From Anaeramoeba ignava BMAN (taxonomy: Eukaryota; Protista; Anaeramoebae): a DNA stretch of 64,000 nucleotides. Under the pieces are notes generated by a model. It was not told the origin of the DNA and searched no databases. It was given only the letters and a program-made list of their open reading frames with translations. The stretch covers positions 79,638-143,637 of the forward strand of contig JAPDFW010000130.1 of the NCBI GenBank assembly GCA_028826165.1, in the 5' to 3' direction. The position numbers were made by a program, and so were the translations under genes. Of this stretch, positions 10,240 to 23,200 are shown piece after piece. Numbering within the stretch: position 1 is the stretch's first letter; every line of letters starts with the position of its first letter.

Positions 10240-10529
10240 TTTCTTTTAAATTTGATTTGAAGAAAAATGAAATGATATTTTTTATTATTTTTTTTTGCTT
10301 TTAAATTCTTTTTTTGCCTTCTTTTCCTTTTTTTTTTTTTTGATCAAAACATTTTAATTTTGATTTTAATTTTCAATTTTATTTTTAATTGGAAAAAATT
10401 TTTCTTTTTTTTTTGCTTTTTTGGGGAGTTTGATGAAAGTATTTTTTTTTTTCTTTTTAATTAAAATTTTTTAAAAGAAATTTGATCAAAATTAAAAATC
10501 AATAAAACTATTCATGATAAATTTAAAAA

Positions 10530-11295
10530 CAAAAATTAATTTAAATATTAATTTAATTCTATTAATATTTTTGATATTTTTTTAATTAATATTTTTAATA
10601 ATAAATTTATCAAAAATAAAAGAAGTAAATTATATAATTTAATAATAAATTTATTTATTCAATTAATTTAGAAATAAAACTAATTTAAATATTAATTTAA
10701 TCATATTAATATTTTTGATATTTTTTATATTAATATTTTTAATAATAAATTTATCAAAAATAAAAGAAGTAAATTATATAATTTAATAATAAATTTATTT
10801 ATTCAATTAATTTGGAAATAAAAACTAATTTAAATATTAATTTAATTCTATTAATATTTTTGATATTTTTTTAATTAATATTTTTAATAATAAATTTATC
10901 AAAAATAAAAGAAGTAAATTATATAATTTAATAATAAATTTATTTATTCAATTAATTTAGAAATAAAACTAATTTAAATATTAATTTAATCTATTAATAT
11001 TTTTGATATTTTTTTAATTAATATTTTTAATAATAAATTTATCAAAAATAAAAGAAGTAAATTATATAATTTAATAATAAATTTATTTAATTATTTAATT
11101 TAGAAACAAAAACTAATTTAAATATTAATTTAATCCTATTAATATTTTTGATATTTTCAAAAAAGGAAAAAAGGAAAAAAGGAAAAAAAGGAAAAAGTCC
11201 ACTTTTTAAAAAAAGTGTTTATTTACTTAATTTAAAAATAAAAACTAATTTAAATATTAATTTAATTCTATTAATATTTTTGATATTTTTTTAAA
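10530..11295. repeat. ~144-nt tandem repeat (~4.5 copies plus a partial)
   Basis: Marker aaaagaagtaaattatataatt recurs near 10618, 10763, 10907 and 11051. Confidence 0.85.
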
Positions 11296-11450
11296 TAAAA
11301 AGTTGTCGTATTTTATTTTATTTTTATTTTTGTTTTTGGAATAAAAAAAATGATCAAATTTTAAATTTTCAATTTTCAATTTTCAATTTGCTTTTTATTT
11401 TATTTTCAATTTGTTTTTTTATTTTGTTTTTAATTTAAATCATTTCTGAA

Positions 11451-13520
11451 ATGCTCACAGAGGATTATTGGGAAGATCTGCTTAATGTTGATGAAGATAG
11501 AGATTCTAGTCAATATCTAGTTGAGTTACGTCAATTATTTCAATCCAAAAACAAAACCATTTTTGTTCCAAATGATTCCCAATCAAAAAGATTCACAAAT
11601 CATGATTATTTTAACACAGAAAAAGTTGATAATAAAGATGAACCCAAATCAAATCAATTTATCTCAGAAATTGAATTAACTGAAGAAAATGAAGAGATTG
11701 AATTAACTCAAGAAAATGAAGAGATTGAATTAACTGAAGAAAATGAAGAAACTCAAGAAATTCAATTCAGAAACAAAACCATTTTTGTTCCAAATGATTC
11801 CCAATCAAAAAGATTCACAAATCATGATTATTTTAACACAGAAAAAGTTGATAATAAAGATGAACCCAAATCAAATCAATTTATCTCAGAGATTGAATTA
11901 ACTGAAGAAAATGAAGAGATTGAATTAACTCAAGAAAATGAAGAGATTGAATTAACTGAAGAAAATGAAGAGATTGAATTAACTCAAGAAACTGAAGAGA
12001 TTGAATTAACTGAAGAAAATGAAGAAACTCAAGAAATTCAATTCAGAAACAAAAACATTTTTGTTCCAAATGATTCTCAATCAAAAAGATTCACAAATCA
12101 TGATTATTTTAACACAGAAAAAGTTGGTAATAAAGATGAACCCAAATCAAATCAATTTATCTCAGAAATTGAATTAACTCAAGAAAATCAAGAGATTGAA
12201 TTAACTGAAGAAAATGAAGAGATTGAATTAACTCAAGAAATTGAAGAGATTGAATTAACTGAAGAAACTGAAGAAACTCAAGAAATTCAATTCAGAAACA
12301 AAACCATTTTTGTTCCAAATGATTCCCAATCAAAAAGATTCACAAATCATGATTATTTTAACACAGAAAAAGTTGGTAATAAAGATGAACCCAAATCAAA
12401 TCAATTTATCTCAGAGATTGAATTAACTGAAGAAAATGAAGAGATTGAATTAACTCAAGAAAATGAAGAGATTGAATTAACTGAAGAAATTGAAGAGATT
12501 GAATTAACTGAAGAAACTGAAGAAACTCAAGAAATTCAATTCAGAAACAAAACCATTTTTGTTCCAAATGATTCCCAATCAAAAAGATTCACAAATCATG
12601 ATTATTTTAACACAGAAAAAGTTGGTAATAAAGATGAACCCAAATCAAATCAATTTATCTCAGAGATTGAATTAACTGAAGAAAATGAAGAAACTCAAGA
12701 AATTCAATTCAGAAACAAAACCATTTTTGTTCCAAATGATTCTCAATCAAAAAGATTCACAAATCATGACTATTTTAACACAGAAAAAGTTGATAATAAA
12801 GGTCTTTTTGGCGATTCTGATTTAGTTAGTGTAATTGATGTCAAACAAGTTCCAAATCCAAATCAAGTTCCAAATCCAAATCGAAAAGTTTCAAATCCAA
12901 ATCAAGTTTCAAATCCAAATCGAAAAGTTCCAAATCTAAATCAAGTTTCAAATCCAAATCGAAAAGTTCCAAATCTAAATCAAGTTCCAAATCCAAATCG
13001 AAAAGTTTCAAATCCAAATCAAGTTCCAAATCTAAATCGAAAAGTTCCAAATCCAAATCAAGTTACAAATCTAAATCGAAAAGTTACAAATCCAAAAAGA
13101 CAAAATCCAAGAAACCAAAATATAAAAAAAAGAACCAAAAGAAAAGTTCAACCTGTAACAAACAAAACTGGAAAAAGGATCAAAAACAGAAAAACTGGAA
13201 AAAGAAACGGAAAAAGAATTGGATTCCAACTTGACCAATTATGTGGGAAATATCCTCAATTTTTTGATGGATGGAAACCAAATACATTTCAAAATTTCAA
13301 AAAATATGGGGAAGTTCCTGATCAAGTTTGCTTCAAAAATGAAGTTATTAATCTTTTAATAACAAACTCAAAACGTTCTAATTTGAGAAACAAAAGGAGA
13401 TATGTTATAAAAATTCTTGAAGAGAAAATGGGGTTGAAAAATAAACACCCTTATATTCATGGAAAAATTATCAGAGTTAAAGAAATCAAAAATCAAAATT
13501 CAAATTCAAATCAAATCTAA
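11451..13520 (+). CDS. Hypothetical protein with nested acidic repeats and a basic C-terminal region (689 aa)
   Basis: Long intact ORF: six NKTIFVPNDSQSKRFTNHDYFNTEKV units with EIELTEENE sub-arrays, then (Q/RK)V(P/S)NPN repeats, a K/R-rich tract and a non-repetitive tail. Confidence 0.75.
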   Translation: MLTEDYWEDLLNVDEDRDSSQYLVELRQLFQSKNKTIFVPNDSQSKRFTNHDYFNTEKVDNKDEPKSNQFISEIELTEENEEIELTQENEEIELTEENEETQEIQFRNKTIFVPNDSQSKRFTNHDYFNTEKVDNKDEPKSNQFISEIELTEENEEIELTQENEEIELTEENEEIELTQETEEIELTEENEETQEIQFRNKNIFVPNDSQSKRFTNHDYFNTEKVGNKDEPKSNQFISEIELTQENQEIELTEENEEIELTQEIEEIELTEETEETQEIQFRNKTIFVPNDSQSKRFTNHDYFNTEKVGNKDEPKSNQFISEIELTEENEEIELTQENEEIELTEEIEEIELTEETEETQEIQFRNKTIFVPNDSQSKRFTNHDYFNTEKVGNKDEPKSNQFISEIELTEENEETQEIQFRNKTIFVPNDSQSKRFTNHDYFNTEKVDNKGLFGDSDLVSVIDVKQVPNPNQVPNPNRKVSNPNQVSNPNRKVPNLNQVSNPNRKVPNLNQVPNPNRKVSNPNQVPNLNRKVPNPNQVTNLNRKVTNPKRQNPRNQNIKKRTKRKVQPVTNKTGKRIKNRKTGKRNGKRIGFQLDQLCGKYPQFFDGWKPNTFQNFKKYGEVPDQVCFKNEVINLLITNSKRSNLRNKRRYVIKILEEKMGLKNKHPYIHGKIIRVKEIKNQNSNSNQI

Positions 13521-14800
13521 ATTTCAATTCAATTAGAAATTGAAATCAAAAATAAGAGTTTAAATCTCAATTCAATTAGAAATTGAAATCAAAAATCAGA
13601 GTTTAAATTCAAAATCAGAGTTTAAATTTCAATTCAATTAGAAATTGAAATCAAAAATAAGAATTTAAATTCAAAAATAAGAATTTAAATTTCAATTCAA
13701 TTAGAAATTGAAATCAAAAATAAGAGTTTAAATTTCAATTCAATTAGAAATTGAAATCAAATATCAGAGTTTAAATTCTAAATCAGAATTTAAATTTCAA
13801 TTCAATTAGAAATTGAAATCAAAAATAAGAATTTAAATTTCAATTTAAATAGAAATTGAAATCAAAAATAAGAATTTAAATTCTAAATAAGAATTTAAAT
13901 TTCAATTCAATTAGAAATTGAAATCAAAAATCAGAATTTAAATTTCAATTCAATTAGAAATTGAAATCAAATATCAGAATTTAAATTTCAATTCAATTAG
14001 AAATTGAAATCAAAAATAAGAATTTAAATTTCAATTTAAATAGAAATTGAAATCAAAAATAAGAATTTAAATTTCAATTCAATTAGAAATTGAAATCAAA
14101 AATAATAATTTAAATTTCAATTTAAATAGAAATTGAAATCAAATATCAGAGTTTAAATTCTAAATCAGAATTTAAATTTCAATTCAATTAGAAATTGAAA
14201 TCAAAAATAATAATTTAAATTTCAATTCAATTAGAAATTGAAATCAAAAATAAGAGTTTAAATTCTAAATCAGAATTTAAATTTCAATTCAATTAGAAAT
14301 TGAAATCAAATATCAGAATTTAAATTTCAATTTAAATAGAAATTGAAATCAAAAATAATAGTTTAAATTTCAATTCAATTAGAAATTGAAATCAAAAATA
14401 AGAGTTTAAATTTCAATTCAATTAGAAATTGAAATCAAAAATAATAGAAATTGAAAAAAAAATTTAAATTTCAATTTAAATAGAAATTGAAATCAAATAT
14501 CAGAGTTTAAATTCTAAATCAAATTTAAATTTCAATTCAATTAGAAATTGAAATCAAAAATAATAGTTTAAATTTCAATTCAATTAGAAATTGAAATCAA
14601 AAATAAGAGTTTAAATTCTAAATCAGAATTTAAATTTCAATTCAATTAGAAATTGAAATCAAAAATAAGAATTTAAATTTCAATCCAATTTAAATTGAAA
14701 TTCAAAATCAAAATCAAAATCAAATTTAAATTTCAATTCAATTAGAAATTGAAATCAAAATATTCAAATTTAAATTCAAAATCAAGAATTTAAATTTCAA
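13515..14800. repeat. ~43-nt minisatellite
   Basis: aatttcaattcaattagaaattgaaatcaaaaataagagttta repeated, with optional short inserts. Confidence 0.88.
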
Positions 14801-15500
14801 ATTAGAAATTCAAAATCAAATTCAAAAATCAAATGAAATCAAATTCAAATTTAAATTCAAATTTCAAATTAGAAATTCAAAAATCAAAAATCAAATAAAA
14901 TTAAATTCAAATTCAAATCAAAAAATTCAACTTTTTAAAATTCAAATTCAAATTCAAAATTCAAATTCAAATCAAATTCAAATCAAAATTCAAAATTCAA
15001 ATTCAAATTCAAATTCAAAATTCAAATTCAAAATCAAATTCAAAATCGTTAAATTCAAATTCAAATTCAAATTCAAAATTCAAAAATTCAAATTCAAATT
15101 CAAATTCAAAATCAAAATCAAAATCAAAATCAAATTCAAAATCAAATTCAAAATCAAATTCAAATTCAAATTCAAATTCAAATTTAAATTCAAATTTAAA
15201 TTCAAAATTCAAATTCAAATTCAAATTCAAAAATCAAATTCAAAATTCAAATTCAAATTCAAATTCAAATTCAAAATTCAAAATCAAATTCAAATTAAAA
15301 AATCAAAATTAAATTAAAAATCAAAATTCAAAATCAAAATCAAAATCAAATAAAAAAATCAAAATCAAAAATTCAAAATCAAAATCAAATTCAAAATTAA
15401 AATCAAAAAAAAATTCAAATTCAAAATCAAATTCAAATTCAAATTCAAATTCAAATTCAAATTCAAATTCAAAATTAAAATTAAATTCAAATTCAAATTA
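14801..15500. repeat. (aaattc/aaaatc)n microsatellite
   Basis: Visible hexamer runs. Confidence 0.85.
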
Positions 15501-15672
15501 AATTGCAAATGTAATAAAAAATAAGTAAGAAATGTAAGAAGAACTGTACTAAAATTATTTAATGCAAAAAAAATATAAATAAATTATTTATATAGTTTAA
15601 TTTTTATTTTTTTTTTTTTTTTTATTTTTCATTTTTTATTTTTTCATTTTTTAATTTTTCAAAAATTTAAAA

Positions 15673-16586
15673 ATGAGTAGATGCTTTGAGAAATTTAAAT
15701 TAGCAGATAAAAATAAAGATGGATTTGTAACAATCAAAGAACTAATTGAATTTTCACAAATGGAAGAAAAAAAAGCAAATGAAATTATGAAAAAATATGA
15801 TTTAAATCAAAATGGAAAATTAGATTTTATGGAATTTTCAAATTGGATTCTTGAGAGTGAATTTGAAAAAGTTGATGAAAATAAAGATGGAAAAATTGAT
15901 TGCGAAGAATTGAAGAAATATTTCAATTTGAATGATTTGGAAGTTGAAATGATTTTTGAAAAGCATGATTTTAATAAAGATGGAAAACTTGATTTTGAAG
16001 AGTATTCTCATTGGAGAAAAAGAAGGGAAATGAATGAGGAATTTGATAAAATTGATGTGAATCATGATGGTTTTGTTGAATTTGAGGAAATCAAGAATTA
16101 TTACAATTTAACAAATGAAGAGGTTCAAAAAGTATTTGATAAATTTGATGTGAATGGAAAGAAAAAACTCGATTTTTGCGAATATAGAACTTGGCAGCGA
16201 AATGTGATTTTCAAGTATTTCTTTGATATTATTGATGAAGATTGCGATGATTTTTATCTTTTGATGAAGTGAGAAAATATTATAATTTGGATCAAGAAGA
16301 AACAAAGAAATTATTTGAAAATTTTGATAGAAATGGTGATGGGAAAATTGATTATGAGGAATACAAAGTTTGGCAGAAGGAATTAAATTCAATCAAGGTT
16401 TTTGAGAAAGTTGATACGGATCATGATGGATTATTAACATCACAAGATATGAAAGATTATTTCAAATTGGAAGAAGTTGAAGTGAAGAAAATTTTCGAAA
16501 TTTTTGATCAAGATAAAGATGGAAAATTGAATTTAAGTGAATATACAAGATGGGGACATAGTCATTGTGATTGTCGGAAGAAATGA
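15673..16586 (+). CDS. Divergent 10-EF-hand protein, copy 5 (1-nt frameshift at ~16250)
   Basis: ORFs 15673..16272 and 16269..16586 join if one base is restored in EF loop 7 (DEDCDxFLSFDEV). Colinear with the other copies. Confidence 0.82.
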
Positions 16587-16674
16587 AGAAGAATTAAAAA
16601 GATCAAAAGGATTAAAAAAGTTTATTTTGATTTTTTTTTTTTAAAAAATAATCAAACCAAAAGGAAATTTTAAT

Positions 16675-17265
16675 TTAATTTTGATTTTGATTTTGATTTT
16701 GATTTTGAATTTGATTTTGAATTTGATTTTCATTTTAATTTTGATTTTGATTTTGATTTTGATTTTCATTTTTATTTTTATTTTGATTTTGATTTTGATT
16801 TTGAATTTTGATTTTGATTTTGATTTTGATTTTGATTTTAATTTTGATTTAGATTTTGATTTTGATTTTCATTTTCATTTTAATTTTGATTTTCATTTTC
16901 ATTTTCATTTTCATTTTAATTTTTATTTAAATTTTGATTTGATTTTCATTTTCATTTTGATTTTGAATTTGAATTTTGATTTTGATTTTGATTTTAATTT
17001 TGAATTTTGATTTTGATTTTGATTTTGATTTTAATTTTCATTTTGATTTTCTTTTTGATTTTGAATTTTCATTTTTATTTTAATTTTGATTTTGATTTTG
17101 ATTTTGATTTTGATTTTCATTTTGATTTTGATTTTGATTTTGATTTTGATTTTGATTTTGATTTTCATTTTAATTTTGATTTTGATTTTGATTTTGATTT
17201 TCATTTTGATTTTGATTTTCATTTTCATTTTCATTTTCATTTTCATTTTCAATTTCAATTTGATT
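16675..17265. repeat. (gatttt/catttt)n microsatellite
   Basis: Visible hexamer runs. Confidence 0.88.
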
Positions 17266-17267
17266 TT

Positions 17268-20200
17268 TCATTTTGGTAATTCAAAAGAATAAATCAACAT
17301 TTCACCAACTCTAGTACCAACAATAATACATTTTTCTCTTCGAGGTATTGTGATACAAGAGATAGGAGAAGAAGATTGAAACTGCCAAATCATTGACATT
17401 TTCAAACCATCAAGAAACCAAACTTGAATCAAATTATTTTTCAAACCAACAAAAAGAAGAGAATCATTTTGGATGAATTGCCAAGCAACAATTTCAGAAC
17501 CACAAGTAGAAGAAGTAGCAAGTAAACAACCATTGATATCATATCTACGGATGATAAAGTCGGAAAGGGAAGCAAGAAAAATATCACCAGAATGAGAAAT
17601 CCTGACCAAATTAAAAGGAACAGGATGAGGGTTTATTGAGATTGATCGGACAAAAAGACCATCAGAAAGACGGTAGACAAGACAGAGCCCATCGATTGAG
17701 ACAGATACGGCAATATTGTTTGGGATGTTCAAGGCGACAGATGTAATAGGGCCTGTATGTCCAGATAGAACGGCAATTGGAAGCTCGTCGACAACACCTG
17801 ATTTCGGATCAAAATTCCAGATTGTTGATGTTGTATCTTTGGAGCCTGTTATTAAATACCGCTCTTGTAACTCAATGCAAGTTACTAAGTCTATGTGATG
17901 AGATATTTTTTGGGTTGTGTTGAAATTTTTCATGGACGCAATGTGAAAACTTGCATCCCAAAAACCTCCGATAACGAGGTATTTTTTATCTTGAGAAAGC
18001 GCAAACACAAGAGAAATATTCCAGACTTGAGGCGATATTTTCATGCTTGAAATCATGCCGCAAAGATTACGCGGTCGATATGTATCCAATTCAAGTTCGA
18101 ATTGTGTGAATTTGGATTTCAACGGAACCCAATGAAACGCGCGGAATTGCGTTGCGAAATCAAGACAAACAAGCTTTCCATGAAGATTCATAATCGGGAG
18201 GTTGCGTTGGGACTCGATAAGATCAATGAGCACGAGGGGATATTCGGATACAACAACGCTGTAGAGTTGGTTGATCTGTTCGGGAGAGTGTGTGTTCCAT
18301 GTCGGGAGAAGATGTGAATGTGTGGGTGCTGGAAGACGTTTTGGATGAGGCGAAGAAAAAAGTTGCGGCGGAGTTTGTCCGAACATTTCAATTTGCGCTT
18401 CGACTGATTGCTGTTCTTCATCTTCTAGTGTCATCAGATAATTAACAGATTCTTCGTATGTGAGATTGTGGAAAACATTAAACGCGCGCACTGCTTCTTC
18501 GCCTTGCTGTTTGTATCCGAAAATTAGATCGATCCATTCGTGGATGTGCTCGGACACTGCTGGCGATTCAAGTGCGGTTTGTAATATATGCACATAATGC
18601 TGTGAAGATTCCGCCCAAGGCGGCAATTCAACGTTGCTGATTTTCGCGTCCGATGTTTGCTTTGTTCCGAGATCGAAGGCGTCTGGATTTTCGAGAAAAT
18701 GCGGGAAGTAAAAAAATTCCGGGATCAGTTCCCGCACATCCGCACTGTTTGATAGACAGTTTTGCCAAGAAAGAGAGACTGATGAAAAAATCCGATCCGA
18801 TTTATCGAACTTTCCATCTTGAAATTGAATTGAATATGTGGTAAACGGCTCTGTTCTTATCAAGTAGAAAAGTACAATTGCAAAGCTAGAATAATGCGAT
18901 CCATACATAAAGGGAACCATTTCTTTGGGGAATGACTTGAATCTCTCAAGAAAAGTCTGGAGTCGCTCGGTGTCAAGTGCTCCAATTGGTTTTGATAGAT
19001 CCCGATATATTTTCGGATCCGACAGATCAATAGTATTTGAAGTGTAATCCCGTAAAATCCATGGGAAAACAGGATATTGTGACAGATCGTTATATGATCT
19101 GCTTGCTATTGAATTTAATCCCATTAAATACTGGAAATTCGTTATTTTGTGTTTCTTCCATCGGCGAGTAATCCCTGATTTCCGAAGAAAATCCACTGGG
19201 TTTGATATGCAAAATTCTGTGCTTTTGAAAAGTGCTCGTGAATGATCTAAATTTCGAAGTCGCTCAAGTACATCTGATACAACGTCTTCTGTTTGGAACG
19301 AGAAAAGAAGTGATTTTTTGTTCATGAAAAAAAACTCCAATGCTGTCCATCGATGAATAAATCTTCTTGCAATTATTTTCGTCATTTTTTCTATTTTTCG
19401 TGAGCGATCTTTCATCTCGATTTCGTGCTTTGCAAATGTTCTTTCTGTGATTGCTGCTATGCTTGCAATGAATTTTATTTTGTTATTTGTAATGCAGAAA
19501 TATCCGGGTGTTTTTCTCATTGGTGTGATTAATATGCATTGTGTTCTGTAGACTACTCTTGATGCGTAGCATCTCATAAATGGGTGTGATATTGCTAGTA
19601 GTATTTGAAGTGGATCGCTCAGATCAAGTTCTAATCCTTTTTCCATTTTTATTTTGAATTGATTTTCCATTTCATTTTCCATTTTATTTTCCATTTCATT
19701 TTCTATTTCAATTTTGAATTGATTTTGATTTTGATTTTCCATTTCATTTTTAATTTGATTTTCCATTTCATTTTCTATTTGATTTTCATTTTCTATTTCA
19801 ATTTTGAATTGATTTTGATTTTGATTTTGATTTTCTATTTCAATTTGATTTTCATTTTGATTTTCAATTTTATTTTGATTTTCAATTTGATTTTCAATTT
19901 TATTTTGATTTTCAATTTTATTTTGATTTTCAATTTTATTTTGATTTTCAATTTTATTTTGATTTTCAATTTTATTTTGATTTTCAATTTTATTTTCAAT
20001 TTGATTTTCAATTTTATTTTGATTTTCATTTTCAATTTGATTTTCAATTTGATTTTCATTTTCAATTTGATTTTCTATTTCAATTTGATTTTCTATTTCA
20101 ATTTTGAATTGATTTTGATTTTGATTTTGATTTTCTATTTCAATTTGATTTTCAATTTGATTTTGATTTTCTATTTCAATTTGATTTTCAATTTGATTTT

Positions 20201-23200
20201 CAATTTTATTTTGATTTTCAATTTGATTTTCAATTTTATTTTGATTTTCAATTTGATTTTCAATTTGATTTTCATTTTCAATTTGATTTTCATTTTGATT
20301 TTCAATTTGATTTTGATTTTGATTTTGATTTTTATTTTCATTTTCATTTTCAATTTGATTTTCAATTTTATTTTGATTTTGATTTTGATTTTCTATTTCA
20401 ATTTGATTTTCAATTTGATTTTGATTTTCAATTTGATTTTTATTTTCATTTTCATTTTCTAATTGATTTTCATTTTGATTTTCATTTTCAATTTGATTTT
20501 CATTTTGATTTTCAATTTGATTTTTATTTTCATTTTCATTTTCTAATTGATTTTCATTTTGATTTTCATTTTCAATTTGATTTTCATTTTGATTTTCAAT
20601 TTGATTTTGATTTTGATTTTGATTTTTATTTTCATTTTCATTTTCAATTTGATTTTCAATTTTATTTTGATTTTGATTTTGATTTTGATTTTCTATTTCA
20701 ATTTGATTTTCAATTTGATTTTGATTTTCTATTTGATTTTCATTTTGATTTTGATTTTGATTTTGATTTTCAATTTCAATTTGATTTTGATTTTGATTTT
20801 GATTTTCTATTTGATTTTCAATTTGAATTTGATTTTCAATTTGAATTTGATTTTCTATTTCAATTTGATTTTGATTTTGATTTTCAATTTTATTGTGTTT
20901 TTGATTTAATAAATTATAAATTTTTTCATTTTGAACACTTTTAGATTTTGATAAATTGTGAATATTATGTTTTTGGTTTATATTATGTTTTTGATTTTGT
21001 TTTTGGTTTATATTATGTTTTTGATTTTGATTTTGTTTTTGTTTTTGATTTTGATTTTGATTTTGATTTTGTTTTTGATGATAAATTGTTTCATTTTGAA
21101 CACTTTTAGATTTTGATAAATTATGATCAGTAAGTTGTTTAGATTTAGATAAATTGGAATCAGATGAATTTGTATACTTGGATAAATTGGGTTCTGTAAT
21201 ATATTTAGATTTAGATAAATTAGGATCTATAATCTGTTTAGATTTAGATAAATTATGCCCATTTTTTCGATCTTCTTCTTTTTCAATAAGCCTTCTTTTC
21301 GAAGGAGAACTAAGTAGATCAATCATTGAAAATTTGTGAGTCAAAGAAATCTTCCTAAGATGCTCTTTCAATTTCTGTGCAGTTGATTCACGAGTACCTT
21401 CATCACGTTTCAAAGAAGCCTCATAATGGATATCAAAATTAAAATTAGGCTTCAATTTCCTACGAGAACCAAACGCATCCTGAAAAGAATCAAGCTTCCA
21501 ATGAATAATTTTATTCTGTGATTCCTCTTTCCAACTTCCCAATTCATGAGAAATTTTATGTAAAAATTTCTCGCTGATGACTTGGTTTTTCTTATGCAAC
21601 TTCTCCAAATTGTGTTCCATGATCTGTACAGTGCGGAACATTCTTGTTTCCATCTTTTCAAATATTCCTGAAAGTTCGTTTTGAATGTCGAAAGCTTTTT
21701 TATGCAACAGATTTTGTGATGAGATCCAATTCTCTTGGATTTGCTCGTTGACTTGGTCTATTTGTTGCATGAATTCCTGTAGCCTCGAATTGATATCTGA
21801 AGAGAGTGTTTCGAGAAAGGGGTTTGTGTATCTCTCCTGAGAAGGAAGATAATTTTCTTTTTTCATTGTAATTGGGAAAACCAAAAGTTCACTGTTTTTA
21901 TTATGCACCGAATCCAAATGAGGATTTTTGTGATCATGTGCATCCAGACTTAAAGAAGTATCTGGAGTAACGCTCTTTCTTTGAAAAGACATTTTCTTTG
22001 GTTTGTCTTCCTTTTTTTTCTGAGTCACGTTGATTTCTAAAGGATCTGAAACGGATTTCCCAATATAGAAGGAACTGATCTTTATCATTTTTTCGCGATC
22101 CAAAACAAGATGAACTAAATTTAAATATGGACCTTTGAATAAAGCTCTGAGAAGACGCAAAGACCGATCGCAAACAGACTTTTCTTTGCAGAGAGTGGAA
22201 TGGAGGAGAAGAATGCATATTTCTTGATAGGTTTCTCTTGTGGATGTTTCGGTATCTTGGTCAGTAAAAGAAATCCCTTGTGAAGAAAATACACCAATTT
22301 TCTCAAGAATATCGAAGAGTTTTTCCAAGATCATCATTTTGGATGTCGAGAAACCTCGACTAAGAGTTTTCTGGAAAAAAGAATGCAAGGGAGAAGATGA
22401 TAAAGGACGAGAGTTTTGGGAGAAAAAAGCATCCATTTTTTTCCGAGGCACCCAAATAAGTGTGAAAATAATATGAATAAATTGGGACAGATTGGAAAGG
22501 AATTTGTCTGTATATTCTTGAGCATTTTGCTTTGCTTGAGGATTTTGCAAATTCTTCGGATATTTCTCTGCAAGAGACCAAACACCGAAAATAATATCAT
22601 AAAAAATTTTTCGGATAATTTCGTTTGGTTTTTGAGAAGGGTCGAGAGATTCTGTCAATAAAAACGCAAGTGTTCGCAGAATAGTGGGAGTGAGCGAGCA
22701 TGAGTCTGTTCTGTTGAAACACTCTAGATGAAGGGATTTGATGATTTGGTAAACCATATTGCGGATCTTTGTTGTGAAACTGATTGGCATTACTTGCGAA
22801 TTTGGGATATAAAGTTGGTTTTCATTGGGGGTTTGAGGTGAGGGTTCGTTCTCATCACTGTTCTTGTTGAGAGTAAAGAACTGGAAAAGCAGGTGCTGCC
22901 ATCCGAAAGAGATTCAACAAGATCTTGCGTTTTTTCTTGCTCTTTATTAAGTCTTGTTTGATTGTGCGTAATATAGAGACAAAGTTAAGATCCATTGTTC
23001 TGTTTCCTATAGCAAGCACTGTATGGAAGAGAACAGTATTCCAGCCTTCTGATGTGTCTTTCATGAGCTCCAGAAGCTCGTATTGTGTGTCTTGTGTTGG
23101 GGTTGTGTTAATTAGAATACGATGAATAAACGGGAAGAAATTGTTTATAGTGCGTTCTTCGTTATCTTCTTTCGCAAGACGGGATTTCATTTGGTTTAGG

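Noticed and set aside
10530-15500. Transposon comprising the orphan ORF and flanking repeats
   Set aside because: Left and right arrays are unrelated, with no terminal inverted repeats, target-site duplication, or transposase/RT motifs seen.
16681-17292. ILILIL/DFDFDF/KIKIKI ORFs (also 15015, 19659-20909, 42077-42903, 47525, 53044, 55276)
   Set aside because: Translations of microsatellites or antisense shadows of real genes.
22790-22910. Two separate genes or programmed frameshifting in the BEACH locus
   Set aside because: Removing one base at ~22906 restores a continuous frame with a plausible GWQ motif; no slippery heptamer or structure seen.
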